DNA of 64,000 bases from IMG/VR virus record IMGVR_UViG_3300033066_001054; one strand, given 5' to 3'. A program made the position numbers and the translations under genes. The notes beneath the pieces are model-generated. The model saw only the letters and a program-made list of their open reading frames with translations, made no database searches and was not told the origin of the DNA. Position 1 is the stretch's first letter. Each line of letters opens with the position of its first letter. The stretch is from a virus (lineage: Duplodnaviria; Caudoviricetes). Shown in pieces: positions 55,040-63,695 of the stretch.

Positions 55040-55564
55040 ATGAGCAAACGAACACCACTGAAGAAGGGCGAGACTGGTTATGCTTATGTGTTTATGTCTG
55101 ACCCAGGTATCGTGCTAAAGATTCGTGCTGAGGTTACCGATTACAATTGGCAAGGTCAAAGACTAGAGTTGCGCATGAAGTCTAAGAGCATTGCTGTTGC
55201 CGGGTACAGTGGGACTCGCAATATGGTGTATTTCCCAGGCGTTAACAAGACCAGGCCTCTGTATCAGTTTAGTTGTTATTTCGACAACAGTAGTTCTCAA
55301 CATCTTTCTGTGTATGTTGACGGTGTTGAATCGTTGCACAATCCAAACATCTCTATGGATTTTGACAGCAATGTTTCCACTTTGTCTTTGCTCCGCCACA
55401 TGCGTATGCCACCTCCGGTGAGTATCAATGTAGGATGGACCGCAGCAGACTACCAGACCAAGCAGCCCAAGTACTCGTGTCGGTTGGATTGTGTTGAGGG
55501 TGGACGTCAAACCAATTACAGGAAGCAAACCGAGGTCGACAAGATTCTGGAGTCTCTCTTGTGA
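55040..55564 (+). CDS. hypothetical protein (KRTP paralog family)
   Basis: MSKRTPLK...VFMSDPGIVLKIR; ends TEVDKILESLL; TGGTAGACT 6 nt upstream. Confidence 0.7.
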   Translation: MSKRTPLKKGETGYAYVFMSDPGIVLKIRAEVTDYNWQGQRLELRMKSKSIAVAGYSGTRNMVYFPGVNKTRPLYQFSCYFDNSSSQHLSVYVDGVESLHNPNISMDFDSNVSTLSLLRHMRMPPPVSINVGWTAADYQTKQPKYSCRLDCVEGGRQTNYRKQTEVDKILESLL

Positions 55565-56271
55565 CACCACGCACGTACAAAGACCTAAAGCCCAAGCATC
55601 GTTATCAAAGCACCACATTTTGGGTGACACTTATGAAAAAAGGTTATCACCCAAAAACCGGGGCGCACAAACCTACTATTAGTGTCATCGACCACAGTGA
55701 ATATCTGCTCGAGCAGCAATTGCAAGCTGGCAAGCTGGTGTTAGACGGTCTTAGCTATCCTGTGATATATTGGAAGTGTGTGAGTCGAACTCACTGCGAC
55801 TTATATGACAAGGTTCGATGTGTTTATGAGATAGCGCTTGGCATGTCCGCATTGCCTGTTAAGAAATTCCAGTACAACAGGCCAGACACTGAGTCCCAAT
55901 GTGGTGTTGCAGCAGCTAAGGTTGGCAATTGTTATCACGTCAATCAATATCGTGGCAAGCTAGTTAAGAAAAATGTTTGTGTTGATGACACACATCATGT
56001 GGTTGTTGTGTCTATGGAGCACTATCATTATGATGCTTTAGATTACCAGCTAAAAACCAATGAGGTAGTCGCATTCAACCATATGCTATACTTAGTGCTT
56101 GACAGGGAAAAAATCATTCGCAAGGTCGCGACGAAGCAAGACGGCACACCTTATTTTCACCGCAAGGTTTATTTGCAGTTGAAGCTAAAGACACCGGGTC
56201 GCAGAATCCAATACGACCATGAAAAGCCCAAAAGCGTTTTAGACGAGATGTTTGAGAATGTACAGTTATGA
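55561..56271 (+). CDS. hypothetical protein
   Basis: GTGA overlap; ends SVLDEMFENVQL. Confidence 0.7.
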   Translation: MTPRTYKDLKPKHRYQSTTFWVTLMKKGYHPKTGAHKPTISVIDHSEYLLEQQLQAGKLVLDGLSYPVIYWKCVSRTHCDLYDKVRCVYEIALGMSALPVKKFQYNRPDTESQCGVAAAKVGNCYHVNQYRGKLVKKNVCVDDTHHVVVVSMEHYHYDALDYQLKTNEVVAFNHMLYLVLDREKIIRKVATKQDGTPYFHRKVYLQLKLKTPGRRIQYDHEKPKSVLDEMFENVQL

Positions 56272-56671
56272 CGACCGCTGGATGCTTGAGAAAACGCTAA
56301 CGCTTGTCGAGTTCAATTTAGACGGCATTACTGTTTTCGACTGCAAGGCCATCACTGGAGAGTTTTACAACAATCGTCTCCGCCGTATAATTGTAACTGA
56401 CCTCACCAATCTTCATCGCACAGACGGACACGCAGGAGACGACGAACCAATCAGCGAGTCATTCCGTATTCAGCACGGAGAGCCAATGCCTAACACTCGT
56501 TACCTTGGTGTTTCGCAGCAGATGTGTCACATGGACCGTTATTTCCGTATTCTATCACAGCGTGTAACGTTTCCCGCAGGTTCTTTTCTTGGCGTATACG
56601 ATTACGAGCTCGCTGGTTTACCTGGCGAGGGGCAAGGCGTTTTAGACGAGATTTTGGATGAGATAAGATGA
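56258..56671 (+). CDS. hypothetical protein
   Basis: ends GVLDEILDEIR. Confidence 0.7.
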   Translation: MYSYDDRWMLEKTLTLVEFNLDGITVFDCKAITGEFYNNRLRRIIVTDLTNLHRTDGHAGDDEPISESFRIQHGEPMPNTRYLGVSQQMCHMDRYFRILSQRVTFPAGSFLGVYDYELAGLPGEGQGVLDEILDEIR

Positions 56672-56762
56672 GTGAGTTTGAACTTGAAATCATTACAACC
56701 AGCTTGCTTCTGATGGGATACTTGTTGTACCAGGCTATTCGGCGCAATGGGAGACGTCAGTG

Positions 56763-57170
56763 ATGTATCGCCCTCCCACGCAACGCGAGAAATTCTGTTT
56801 GTTCTTCGACAATGCACGTTGTCGTAAAGTTGGCCGCAAATACGTGGTCACGTGTTACAATTACGAAGTATCATACGACAGGATTATAGCCAGCGAAGCA
56901 AACACTGCTGAACGCGCATGGAGTGTTGCTTGGTGTTCTTTCAAGCGTCAAATCTTTGACAGGCTACGCAATGAATACATTGACCCATGGCTCGAGTTGC
57001 CAGACGGAGTTATGATTCCTGGCAAACACAATGTGCAGTGGTCTTGGTCAGAGTTCAAGGCAGACCCCAAGGTTCGCCACCTTTGGTTTGACATTCTTAA
57101 ACCATCGGAGCGCGGCTGTTCGATGCTTGACAGTCTTATTCAGCTATCGGCTCTGGAAGTCTGTGATTGA
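56763..57170 (+). CDS. hypothetical protein
   Basis: ends SMLDSLIQLS; converges on the SNF2 gene. Confidence 0.65.
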   Translation: MYRPPTQREKFCLFFDNARCRKVGRKYVVTCYNYEVSYDRIIASEANTAERAWSVAWCSFKRQIFDRLRNEYIDPWLELPDGVMIPGKHNVQWSWSEFKADPKVRHLWFDILKPSERGCSMLDSLIQLSALEVCD

Positions 57171-60100
57171 GAATCTTATTGGCCGCAGCGTACTTTCCGC
57201 TTGCGATTGCGTAAAGTCTTTCATCGAACGTTTTAGGCAGCCACATATACGTTTCGCTCACCTGTCTGTCTTGTCCGCGTCTCCATGCTCTAGCATATGC
57301 TTGTTCATAGTCGATTGGGTTAGGCATAAGTTCTGCGTGTATGACTTTATTGGCCGCAGTCAGCGTGATACCTTCTTTCAGTACTTTGTACGACGCAACG
57401 ATTACCTTGACGTTCGGGTCGTTTTGGAATTGTTCAAACGTTTCTTCGCGTTTTTTGTCCGATGTAGCACCGTACACGATGGCGACTTTCCATTCTGGGT
57501 GTCCCATTGATTTGAATTTCTGTTCTATACCGGCCGCAACAGTTTCGATAACGTTTTTGTGATATGCGAACACCAAGACCTGATTAGGTCTTCCTTGTTC
57601 GCTACCTCTGGCTTGCAACGCTGCTTCGGCCGCGACATACGGTGCTTTTCTCATACCAATGGCATTTCTCACCTTGGCCACGCGTTGGAAGCTGACTTTC
57701 ACCTTGTCGTTGTATTCATGTTCAAGTTCTGCTAGTTCGTCTTGGCTTGCACCATTCTTCTTAGCTTCGATGATTTTGTGTTCGATTGCCGACAGTTCTG
57801 TTGTGCGTGCGTCAAGTCCTGTATTGTCCTGGTCTTCTACAATGGCTCGATATTGTGCTTGTCCTTTCGGTGGCCATGTATATTGGTCTCCGAGTGCTTC
57901 GAGGTCTTTGTGTATCCTTCGCATGATAATGCCATCGAAGTGTTTTGTTTGGCCTCCCGAGCGATATGTACCACCACCGAACAGTATTTTGTTCAGCAGC
58001 GTCATGTTTTGTGGGCGCACTGGTTTGGTAATGAACAGTCTATGTAATTCCGGTGTACCGGTTTGTTTGTTCTTCTTCCACATAGTGGTTCGGAACGCTT
58101 TCATTACTGCAAACTGGTACATGAATTCGTCTTCATTATTGAAGATATCTGGTCGTACAAATCTCAGGTTGGCGTACAGTTCCCATGCGTATGACGGTAT
58201 AGGTGTACCAGTGAGCAACAGTCTTCTTTTGCTTGGCACGCCTGGATAGTGTCCATCATCGCTCAGTCCTGGTGTTTTGACTTCTGGTATGAGCGGATTT
58301 TCGCTTTTTCTGCGTTTTGGTCGTCCACCCATAATGACACATGCTTGAACGCTATGTTCATCTTTGACACGGTGTGATTCGTCAAGAATGACATAGTCCC
58401 AGGCTCTGTCTCCGATTCTCTCTGGGTTTGAGATATCCTTAGACGCCTTGCTCAATGACTCATAGCTCATCACCGTAATGTCCGGCAATTCTTCATCTTT
58501 CTTATATCTTCCAACTTTGACTTTCAGTTTGGTGGTAATAGGGTCTCTCATATGGTCTCCTGCGAGCCATTTTTTCATTTCCCTTATCCACACTGGCACC
58601 ATAACGCTTGGGCACACCACGAGCACTTTTTTAATGCTTGGGTTTGTGCTGATGACACCAATGGCAGGCATAGTTTTACCGATGCCTGGTGAGTCGGCAA
58701 GTATTGCTCCTCTTTCTTCATCTGGTTTCGCGTCATCCTTTCCTCCGAGTCTTTCATTGATAAAGCTGACTGCGGCCATTTGATATGGCAGATATTCAAT
58801 TTGTTTCTTTGTAGGTATGAGGTTTTTCGGTGTTGGAATCGCTGTTATCTTGTGTGGTGTATGTGCGTATGATTTGCGATGGTTTTCTTCGTTGTATCCT
58901 TCTACAGAGTATGGTTGTCGTGTCCGTTGTACGCGGTCGATGTTTTCTTGATACTTTTTGCGTTGTCGTTCGCTTTCTTCTCTTCTCGAGTCGATAAGCA
59001 TTTGTTCTCTGCGGCCGGCTATCGCGATTGGGTGGTTTGGGTTTGACCAAGCAGCTTCGACTGCGTCCTTGCCTTCGGTTCCCACTGACACATACATATT
59101 GGCGTGTTTCGCCCCTCTCCAATCATTTTTGGCACTAGGTTTCGGGAAGAAGTACACCACCTTTGGTTTGAATCCTGCTGCTTTCAGTATGCCTTCATAT
59201 TCTGCTTTATCTCCAAAAGCTGCATACACTGGTTTGCCGTCTGGATACGACACTGCGCCCACATCTTCGATGGTCATGTCTGCGACTTCATCATAGGCAC
59301 CGTCTGGCACTGCTGGCATTGCATCGAGTGGCGTGCCGGGTTTAGGCATCACCACGAGTGCGTTGCCTTGTGCCACCAATGCCTGTACTTTTTCCGGCAC
59401 TGGATTACCTTGGATATACTGTTGTAGTTCCGTAGTGTTTTGGGCTTGTTGTCGTTTTTGTACGGCATCTTTCAGTGCCTGCATGCGTTTTTGTGCTTCT
59501 TCCGAGAGCAGCGAGCTGGTTTCTGGTGCAGTCTTTTCTGGTGTTACTGGTTGATTTTGTGCCGGCTTTGGTGTTACGGTTTGTGTTGGTTGCACCACCT
59601 TTGGTGTATCATTCACTTTCTGGTTGATTTTGTCCATGAACGACAGTTGTGGTTTCTTTCCTGGTATGACGGCTGGTTGTGGTGTTACGACCGGTGGTGT
59701 TACGACCGGTGGTGTTGCGGCTGGTGTTGGTTGCGCCACATTCTGGGTTTCGTTCAATTTCTGGTTGATTTTGTCCATGAACGACGGCCTTGGTTTTTCA
59801 TCTGCGGCCATTCTGATAAATTCGTTCACCAGTGCTCCATGCACGGTGTTGTCATGGATTTCAACTGTTTCCGGGTGATATGCGACGATTTCACCCATTT
59901 CCTTTGGGTGTACAGCGTCGATAAATCCGTCATAGCCTTTTTCCTTCAGCATTTGCGGATATTCTCCAGACGCTCTTAGTTTTGCGCTCGTCCAATCCAG
60001 TCCTTGTTCTTCAAGTTCCAGTGTTCTTTTTGGAATCCAGTCATATGGCATGATTGGGTCTTTCCAGTTTTCTTCTGTTCTGACAAGCGGATTTTTGAAC

Positions 60101-60444
60101 TTAAATGTCAGGTTTTTCAGCTTGCGGCCAGGTTTTTCAGCATAGCTTTGTGCTGCTTTTTTGCTTCCTCCATACAGTCCTCGACCAGCGTAGCCTGTGT
60201 CGCTATGTCCGAATCCCGACATGGCTTCTTCAAACGTATTGTGGTCTTCTTTCATTCCGGACCATGCGTGAACCACCACTGGCCCTTCGTGGTGTTTGAA
60301 TTGCTCCCCGCCGTTCTCAGTATCGTAGTGTGGAACTTCCTGTTGTGCAAGCAGTGTACGGCGCAACACCTGGAGTTCTCCGGTGTTGTCGTTTTCCGTG
60401 GCAACTTGTGCAAGTGCCTTTTTTATTGCACTATATCTAGACAT
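57136..60444 (-). CDS. polyvalent protein: ART-like N-terminal domain plus SNF2-family helicase
   Basis: ILADSPGIGKT, LVVCP, ILDESH, LLLTGTP, EGITLTAA, QAYARAWRRGQ; N-terminal GYAGRGLYG..A.SYA..FKNPL..GYDGFI..EIVAY. Confidence 0.88.
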   Translation of the reverse strand: MSRYSAIKKALAQVATENDNTGELQVLRRTLLAQQEVPHYDTENGGEQFKHHEGPVVVHAWSGMKEDHNTFEEAMSGFGHSDTGYAGRGLYGGSKKAAQSYAEKPGRKLKNLTFKFKNPLVRTEENWKDPIMPYDWIPKRTLELEEQGLDWTSAKLRASGEYPQMLKEKGYDGFIDAVHPKEMGEIVAYHPETVEIHDNTVHGALVNEFIRMAADEKPRPSFMDKINQKLNETQNVAQPTPAATPPVVTPPVVTPQPAVIPGKKPQLSFMDKINQKVNDTPKVVQPTQTVTPKPAQNQPVTPEKTAPETSSLLSEEAQKRMQALKDAVQKRQQAQNTTELQQYIQGNPVPEKVQALVAQGNALVVMPKPGTPLDAMPAVPDGAYDEVADMTIEDVGAVSYPDGKPVYAAFGDKAEYEGILKAAGFKPKVVYFFPKPSAKNDWRGAKHANMYVSVGTEGKDAVEAAWSNPNHPIAIAGRREQMLIDSRREESERQRKKYQENIDRVQRTRQPYSVEGYNEENHRKSYAHTPHKITAIPTPKNLIPTKKQIEYLPYQMAAVSFINERLGGKDDAKPDEERGAILADSPGIGKTMPAIGVISTNPSIKKVLVVCPSVMVPVWIREMKKWLAGDHMRDPITTKLKVKVGRYKKDEELPDITVMSYESLSKASKDISNPERIGDRAWDYVILDESHRVKDEHSVQACVIMGGRPKRRKSENPLIPEVKTPGLSDDGHYPGVPSKRRLLLTGTPIPSYAWELYANLRFVRPDIFNNEDEFMYQFAVMKAFRTTMWKKNKQTGTPELHRLFITKPVRPQNMTLLNKILFGGGTYRSGGQTKHFDGIIMRRIHKDLEALGDQYTWPPKGQAQYRAIVEDQDNTGLDARTTELSAIEHKIIEAKKNGASQDELAELEHEYNDKVKVSFQRVAKVRNAIGMRKAPYVAAEAALQARGSEQGRPNQVLVFAYHKNVIETVAAGIEQKFKSMGHPEWKVAIVYGATSDKKREETFEQFQNDPNVKVIVASYKVLKEGITLTAANKVIHAELMPNPIDYEQAYARAWRRGQDRQVSETYMWLPKTFDERLYAIASGKYAAANKILNHRLPEPIAE

Positions 60445-60749
60445 CAGCAGTTCTCGATAGATTCTTCAATTCGATTGAGCATTGCTTGCAGTGTTGCGGT
60501 TTTGTGTATCAGTGCTTGTTTAACTTCTGCGTCGACTTCTTTGCTCTTTTGTTCTTGAGCTAGTCTCAATGCGTGTTCTGTTATTTCAATCATATCCATG
60601 ATTGCCAAGACGTTTTCATTGATAGGTTGTTCTTGCGCGACTTTCATCGCCATTTTCTCGGTGGCCGATGCAGCAACGTGCGCCCCTCTCGCGGTCATTT
60701 CTGCGCTGAGTTCTATTAGTTGGTTGGTTGTTTCGTATACGTGGTCCAC
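60444..60749 (-). CDS. small helical protein
   Basis: TGATG overlap with SNF2 gene; repeated (K/R)(V/L)AQEQ. Confidence 0.7.
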   Translation of the reverse strand: MDHVYETTNQLIELSAEMTARGAHVAASATEKMAMKVAQEQPINENVLAIMDMIEITEHALRLAQEQKSKEVDAEVKQALIHKTATLQAMLNRIEESIENC

Positions 60750-60803
60750 AATGGAGATTTATCTGTGAATCTGTTGCGAACCTGCTGGATTAGAAAAATG
60801 AAG

Positions 60804-60883
60804 GCGTCAATTCGCCCTACCACTAAGCTGTATCGACCGAAGGGAGGATACAGCCAATGGTCATCAGATGGGCGAATTGACGC
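60804..60883. other. nested stem-loop in intergenic region
   Basis: perfect 14-bp inverted repeat GCGTCAATTCGCCC/GGGCGAATTGACGC enclosing GCTGTATC/GATACAGC. Confidence 0.6.
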
Positions 60884-60889
60884 TAGTCA

Positions 60890-62287
60890 TTATTCGAATT
60901 CAGAGAGCATGAATTTATGTGATGAATTCGGAATACAGCTAAAGTATTTCTCTGTCATAAACCAGAACCATTGTTTTGGTTTCTCTGGATGAACATTGTC
61001 TCCATATCCATCAGTGATAACAAAGACTGCATCAGGATATCGTTTCATTTCTCCAGACTTCAATTTGGCTTGGATAAAGTCTTCCATGATATGGAAAGAC
61101 GTTCCACCACCACCCATCATCTTTGGAGAATTGATGTCCAGTTGATACACCCTTGTATCGAACGAACAGAGGTGAACATTGAAGATATTCCTTGGCACTG
61201 TTGCTGCGGCTTTGAAGAATCTGTCAGCCATGCTATAACACGAACCAGATGCATCAAGGAAGAACACCAAGTCAATCTTGGCTTTGTTCATGACAATGTC
61301 ATAATCCTCGATTTCTGCTGGAAGTTTAAGGTCTGACGGAAGACTCATATGATTCCGTTGTTTCTGTGCCCATTGTTCGACCATGCCATACTGATTTTTG
61401 ATAATCATTTTGACCTTGTCTCGAACGATGGTTTCCCACTTAGGTTTTCGAATAGGTTTTGGCTTAGAAACGAAAATCCATGCTCCAACAGCATCTTTTC
61501 CTGCTTGTTTACCGCCCTTCTTGCTTTTTGATTCTTTGTCCCCTTCTGGCCCTTCGCCGCCATCGGGTCCACCAACGACATGTTGTTCAATCATGTCTCG
61601 GAGTTCTTTCTTTTCATCTTCTGATAGCGACTCATTGAGCGTCTTTTCAATTTGCTCTCGAACTTCTTCTGGAAGGTCAAAATATTCGTGACTATCCATT
61701 AGCCGAAGTGACTTAGATTTACCGATATCTTCCTTAAGTAGTTCGTAGTAGTATTCAAAGCACTCATCAGTTGGGATGTTTGGGTTGTCTGGCCAGATGG
61801 TATCCACCCAGCACCATTGCTCCCATCCTTGCACCATGCTTCTATCGAATCCGAATGTATTCAATAGCGCATGATTGATAACGATGTCCTGAGCGACGTT
61901 TGCTAGTCGAGAGTCATCATAGATGTACTTGCCGTCTTCTGACACTTTGTATCGCTTGTCAAGTGCGTGTCGCTTGATGTGGTTGAACAAGATATGAAGA
62001 CTTTCATGACCGAGCACGAACGCCCTTGTGTAGTTGTCGATACTGTCCCAGAATTCTGGGTTCATGTACCACCCAAGTGCCTTGCCTGTTTTGTCCTTGG
62101 GGTCATAGACGACCGCAGCGGTGGGCAAGTCATTGGTAAATACAGGTCGTCCCATCTCCCAAATCATATAGAACAGGGAGTGGTGTCCCTCGAGCAGTCG
62201 CGAGACACCATAGATTTCCTGCAATGTCATACTGCGGTCGCACGCAGTAGGCATTTTCACTATCTTTGTCAGTTCTTCTTCTGTCAT
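60890..62287 (-). CDS. HExxH metallopeptidase-like plus VWA-domain protein (DUF2201-like)
   Basis: PTAAV..NPEFW..FVLGHESLH..NVAQDIVIN; FLDASGS, SFDT, GGGGTSF, VITDGY. Confidence 0.88.
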   Translation of the reverse strand: MTEEELTKIVKMPTACDRSMTLQEIYGVSRLLEGHHSLFYMIWEMGRPVFTNDLPTAAVVYDPKDKTGKALGWYMNPEFWDSIDNYTRAFVLGHESLHILFNHIKRHALDKRYKVSEDGKYIYDDSRLANVAQDIVINHALLNTFGFDRSMVQGWEQWCWVDTIWPDNPNIPTDECFEYYYELLKEDIGKSKSLRLMDSHEYFDLPEEVREQIEKTLNESLSEDEKKELRDMIEQHVVGGPDGGEGPEGDKESKSKKGGKQAGKDAVGAWIFVSKPKPIRKPKWETIVRDKVKMIIKNQYGMVEQWAQKQRNHMSLPSDLKLPAEIEDYDIVMNKAKIDLVFFLDASGSCYSMADRFFKAAATVPRNIFNVHLCSFDTRVYQLDINSPKMMGGGGTSFHIMEDFIQAKLKSGEMKRYPDAVFVITDGYGDNVHPEKPKQWFWFMTEKYFSCIPNSSHKFMLSEFE

Positions 62288-62294
62288 GGTGTTG

Positions 62295-63386
62295 TTACTT
62301 CGTGGTAGGAAGTTTGAACAAGTCTTCGAGCTTGTATCGCTTAATCAGCACGACAAGGTGGTCAATGTGTTGCTGACTTCCATTGTGGTCAAGGAACATC
62401 TGTATTGCCTCTTGGAACTCAGGTACTTCCCGTGCATTATTTGCCATGGTTTCCATAACAAATCCTTCTGGGATAAGTGACATCAGCCTTTCTTTGCTGA
62501 GTAATGGCAGGATGATTTTCGCAGCCTTTGTGCTCTCAATCAAGTGCGGCTTAAGCTGTCGGTAGTAGTTGTCATCCTTGAGGTATTCCTTGAATCCGGC
62601 AAAATCCTTGTTCTTGATGAAATCATACATCTTTTCGAGTGCTGGCGCATCTCCAAGGTCTTTTGATAGTTTGTCAGGGTGTGATTCATACGGAAGGATG
62701 TCTCGAACGTCTCCTGACTTCATGTGATAGTCAATCGCAGCGCAGAGCCGACGTGGTGAAACCTTTTCACGGACTTTCTCTGGCAGTTCTGCCCACCACT
62801 TGAGTGCTGGTGTTGCATACTGCTTACCGTATTCATTGACCATATGCACAGGGCACGGTCGATAGTCAAGTTCGACTTTGACTTGGAATCGGTCTTCGAG
62901 TGCTGGGTCGAGTGGTTCGACGTCATACTCAATCTTTTCTTCGTCGTGCGGGTTGATTGCAGCCCAAACGACTTTCAGGTTGGGGTATGGCACTCCATTG
63001 ATGGTTTTGAACTGAATGAGTTCCATGACGGCGTTGCGGACCTTTTTTGGTGCGCGGTTGAGCTCGTCAATGAAAATTGCCTCTACTTCTCCCAGCACAA
63101 ATCGCTTTGGCGGGATGATATCGCTATACGGCTTTCCGTCTGCCGTAGGGTCGTTGCGGACGATTTCTGGGATTCCAATAATGTCAACCCATGGGTCGAG
63201 TGTCGAGCCGCTTAGGTACAAACCCTTGACGCCATTGCGGTCGAACGTTTTCTTGATGATTTGTGTCTTTCCGACTCCGTGCTTGCCAACAAGCAATACG
63301 TTGAGTTGAAGTGAAAGCCAAAAATCCAACTTGTTGGGGTCAATCAAGACTCCTTTGTTGATAATGTCGTTTACGGTTTCAGGCAT
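62295..63386 (-). CDS. MoxR-like AAA+ ATPase
   Basis: GKHGVGKT, IFIDELNRA, AAINP, LDPALEDRF, VSPRRL. Confidence 0.9.
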   Translation of the reverse strand: MPETVNDIINKGVLIDPNKLDFWLSLQLNVLLVGKHGVGKTQIIKKTFDRNGVKGLYLSGSTLDPWVDIIGIPEIVRNDPTADGKPYSDIIPPKRFVLGEVEAIFIDELNRAPKKVRNAVMELIQFKTINGVPYPNLKVVWAAINPHDEEKIEYDVEPLDPALEDRFQVKVELDYRPCPVHMVNEYGKQYATPALKWWAELPEKVREKVSPRRLCAAIDYHMKSGDVRDILPYESHPDKLSKDLGDAPALEKMYDFIKNKDFAGFKEYLKDDNYYRQLKPHLIESTKAAKIILPLLSKERLMSLIPEGFVMETMANNAREVPEFQEAIQMFLDHNGSQQHIDHLVVLIKRYKLEDLFKLPTTK

Positions 63387-63395
63387 AACGCTTGT

Positions 63396-63425
63396 ATTCT
63401 ACCTCGGTTTGGTTTTGGATGTCAA
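63396..63425 (-). promoter_or_regulatory. sigma70-type promoter for AAA/VWA operon
   Basis: minus strand TTGACA-18 nt-TAGAAT, 9 nt before ATG. Confidence 0.65.
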
Positions 63426-63481
63426 GTGCCGTTATTCGTTTTGTTGCATGTTTTTGCCCCATTTAAGCCTAATATACGATT

Positions 63482-63694
63482 ATGGATTTCGCTCCGGGCT
63501 CTGAGGCTTTTCTATCAACTGATTTTGCGGGCACTTCGTTGCATCGCGGGCAATGCGTTGTTATTATAGCATGTCGCGAGAACACAGTGCTGGCCGAGGT
63601 TCTTGACTCGAAACCGGGCGAGCGCATCATTTCGATTCCAAAATCCATACTCGTTCCACGAATGAGTGATAATGAAGATATAGACGAGGGTTAA
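63482..63694 (+). CDS. hypothetical SH3-like small protein
   Basis: 70-aa ORF divergent from AAA gene. Confidence 0.55.
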   Translation: MDFAPGSEAFLSTDFAGTSLHRGQCVVIIACRENTVLAEVLDSKPGERIISIPKSILVPRMSDNEDIDEG

Positions 63695-63695
63695 C

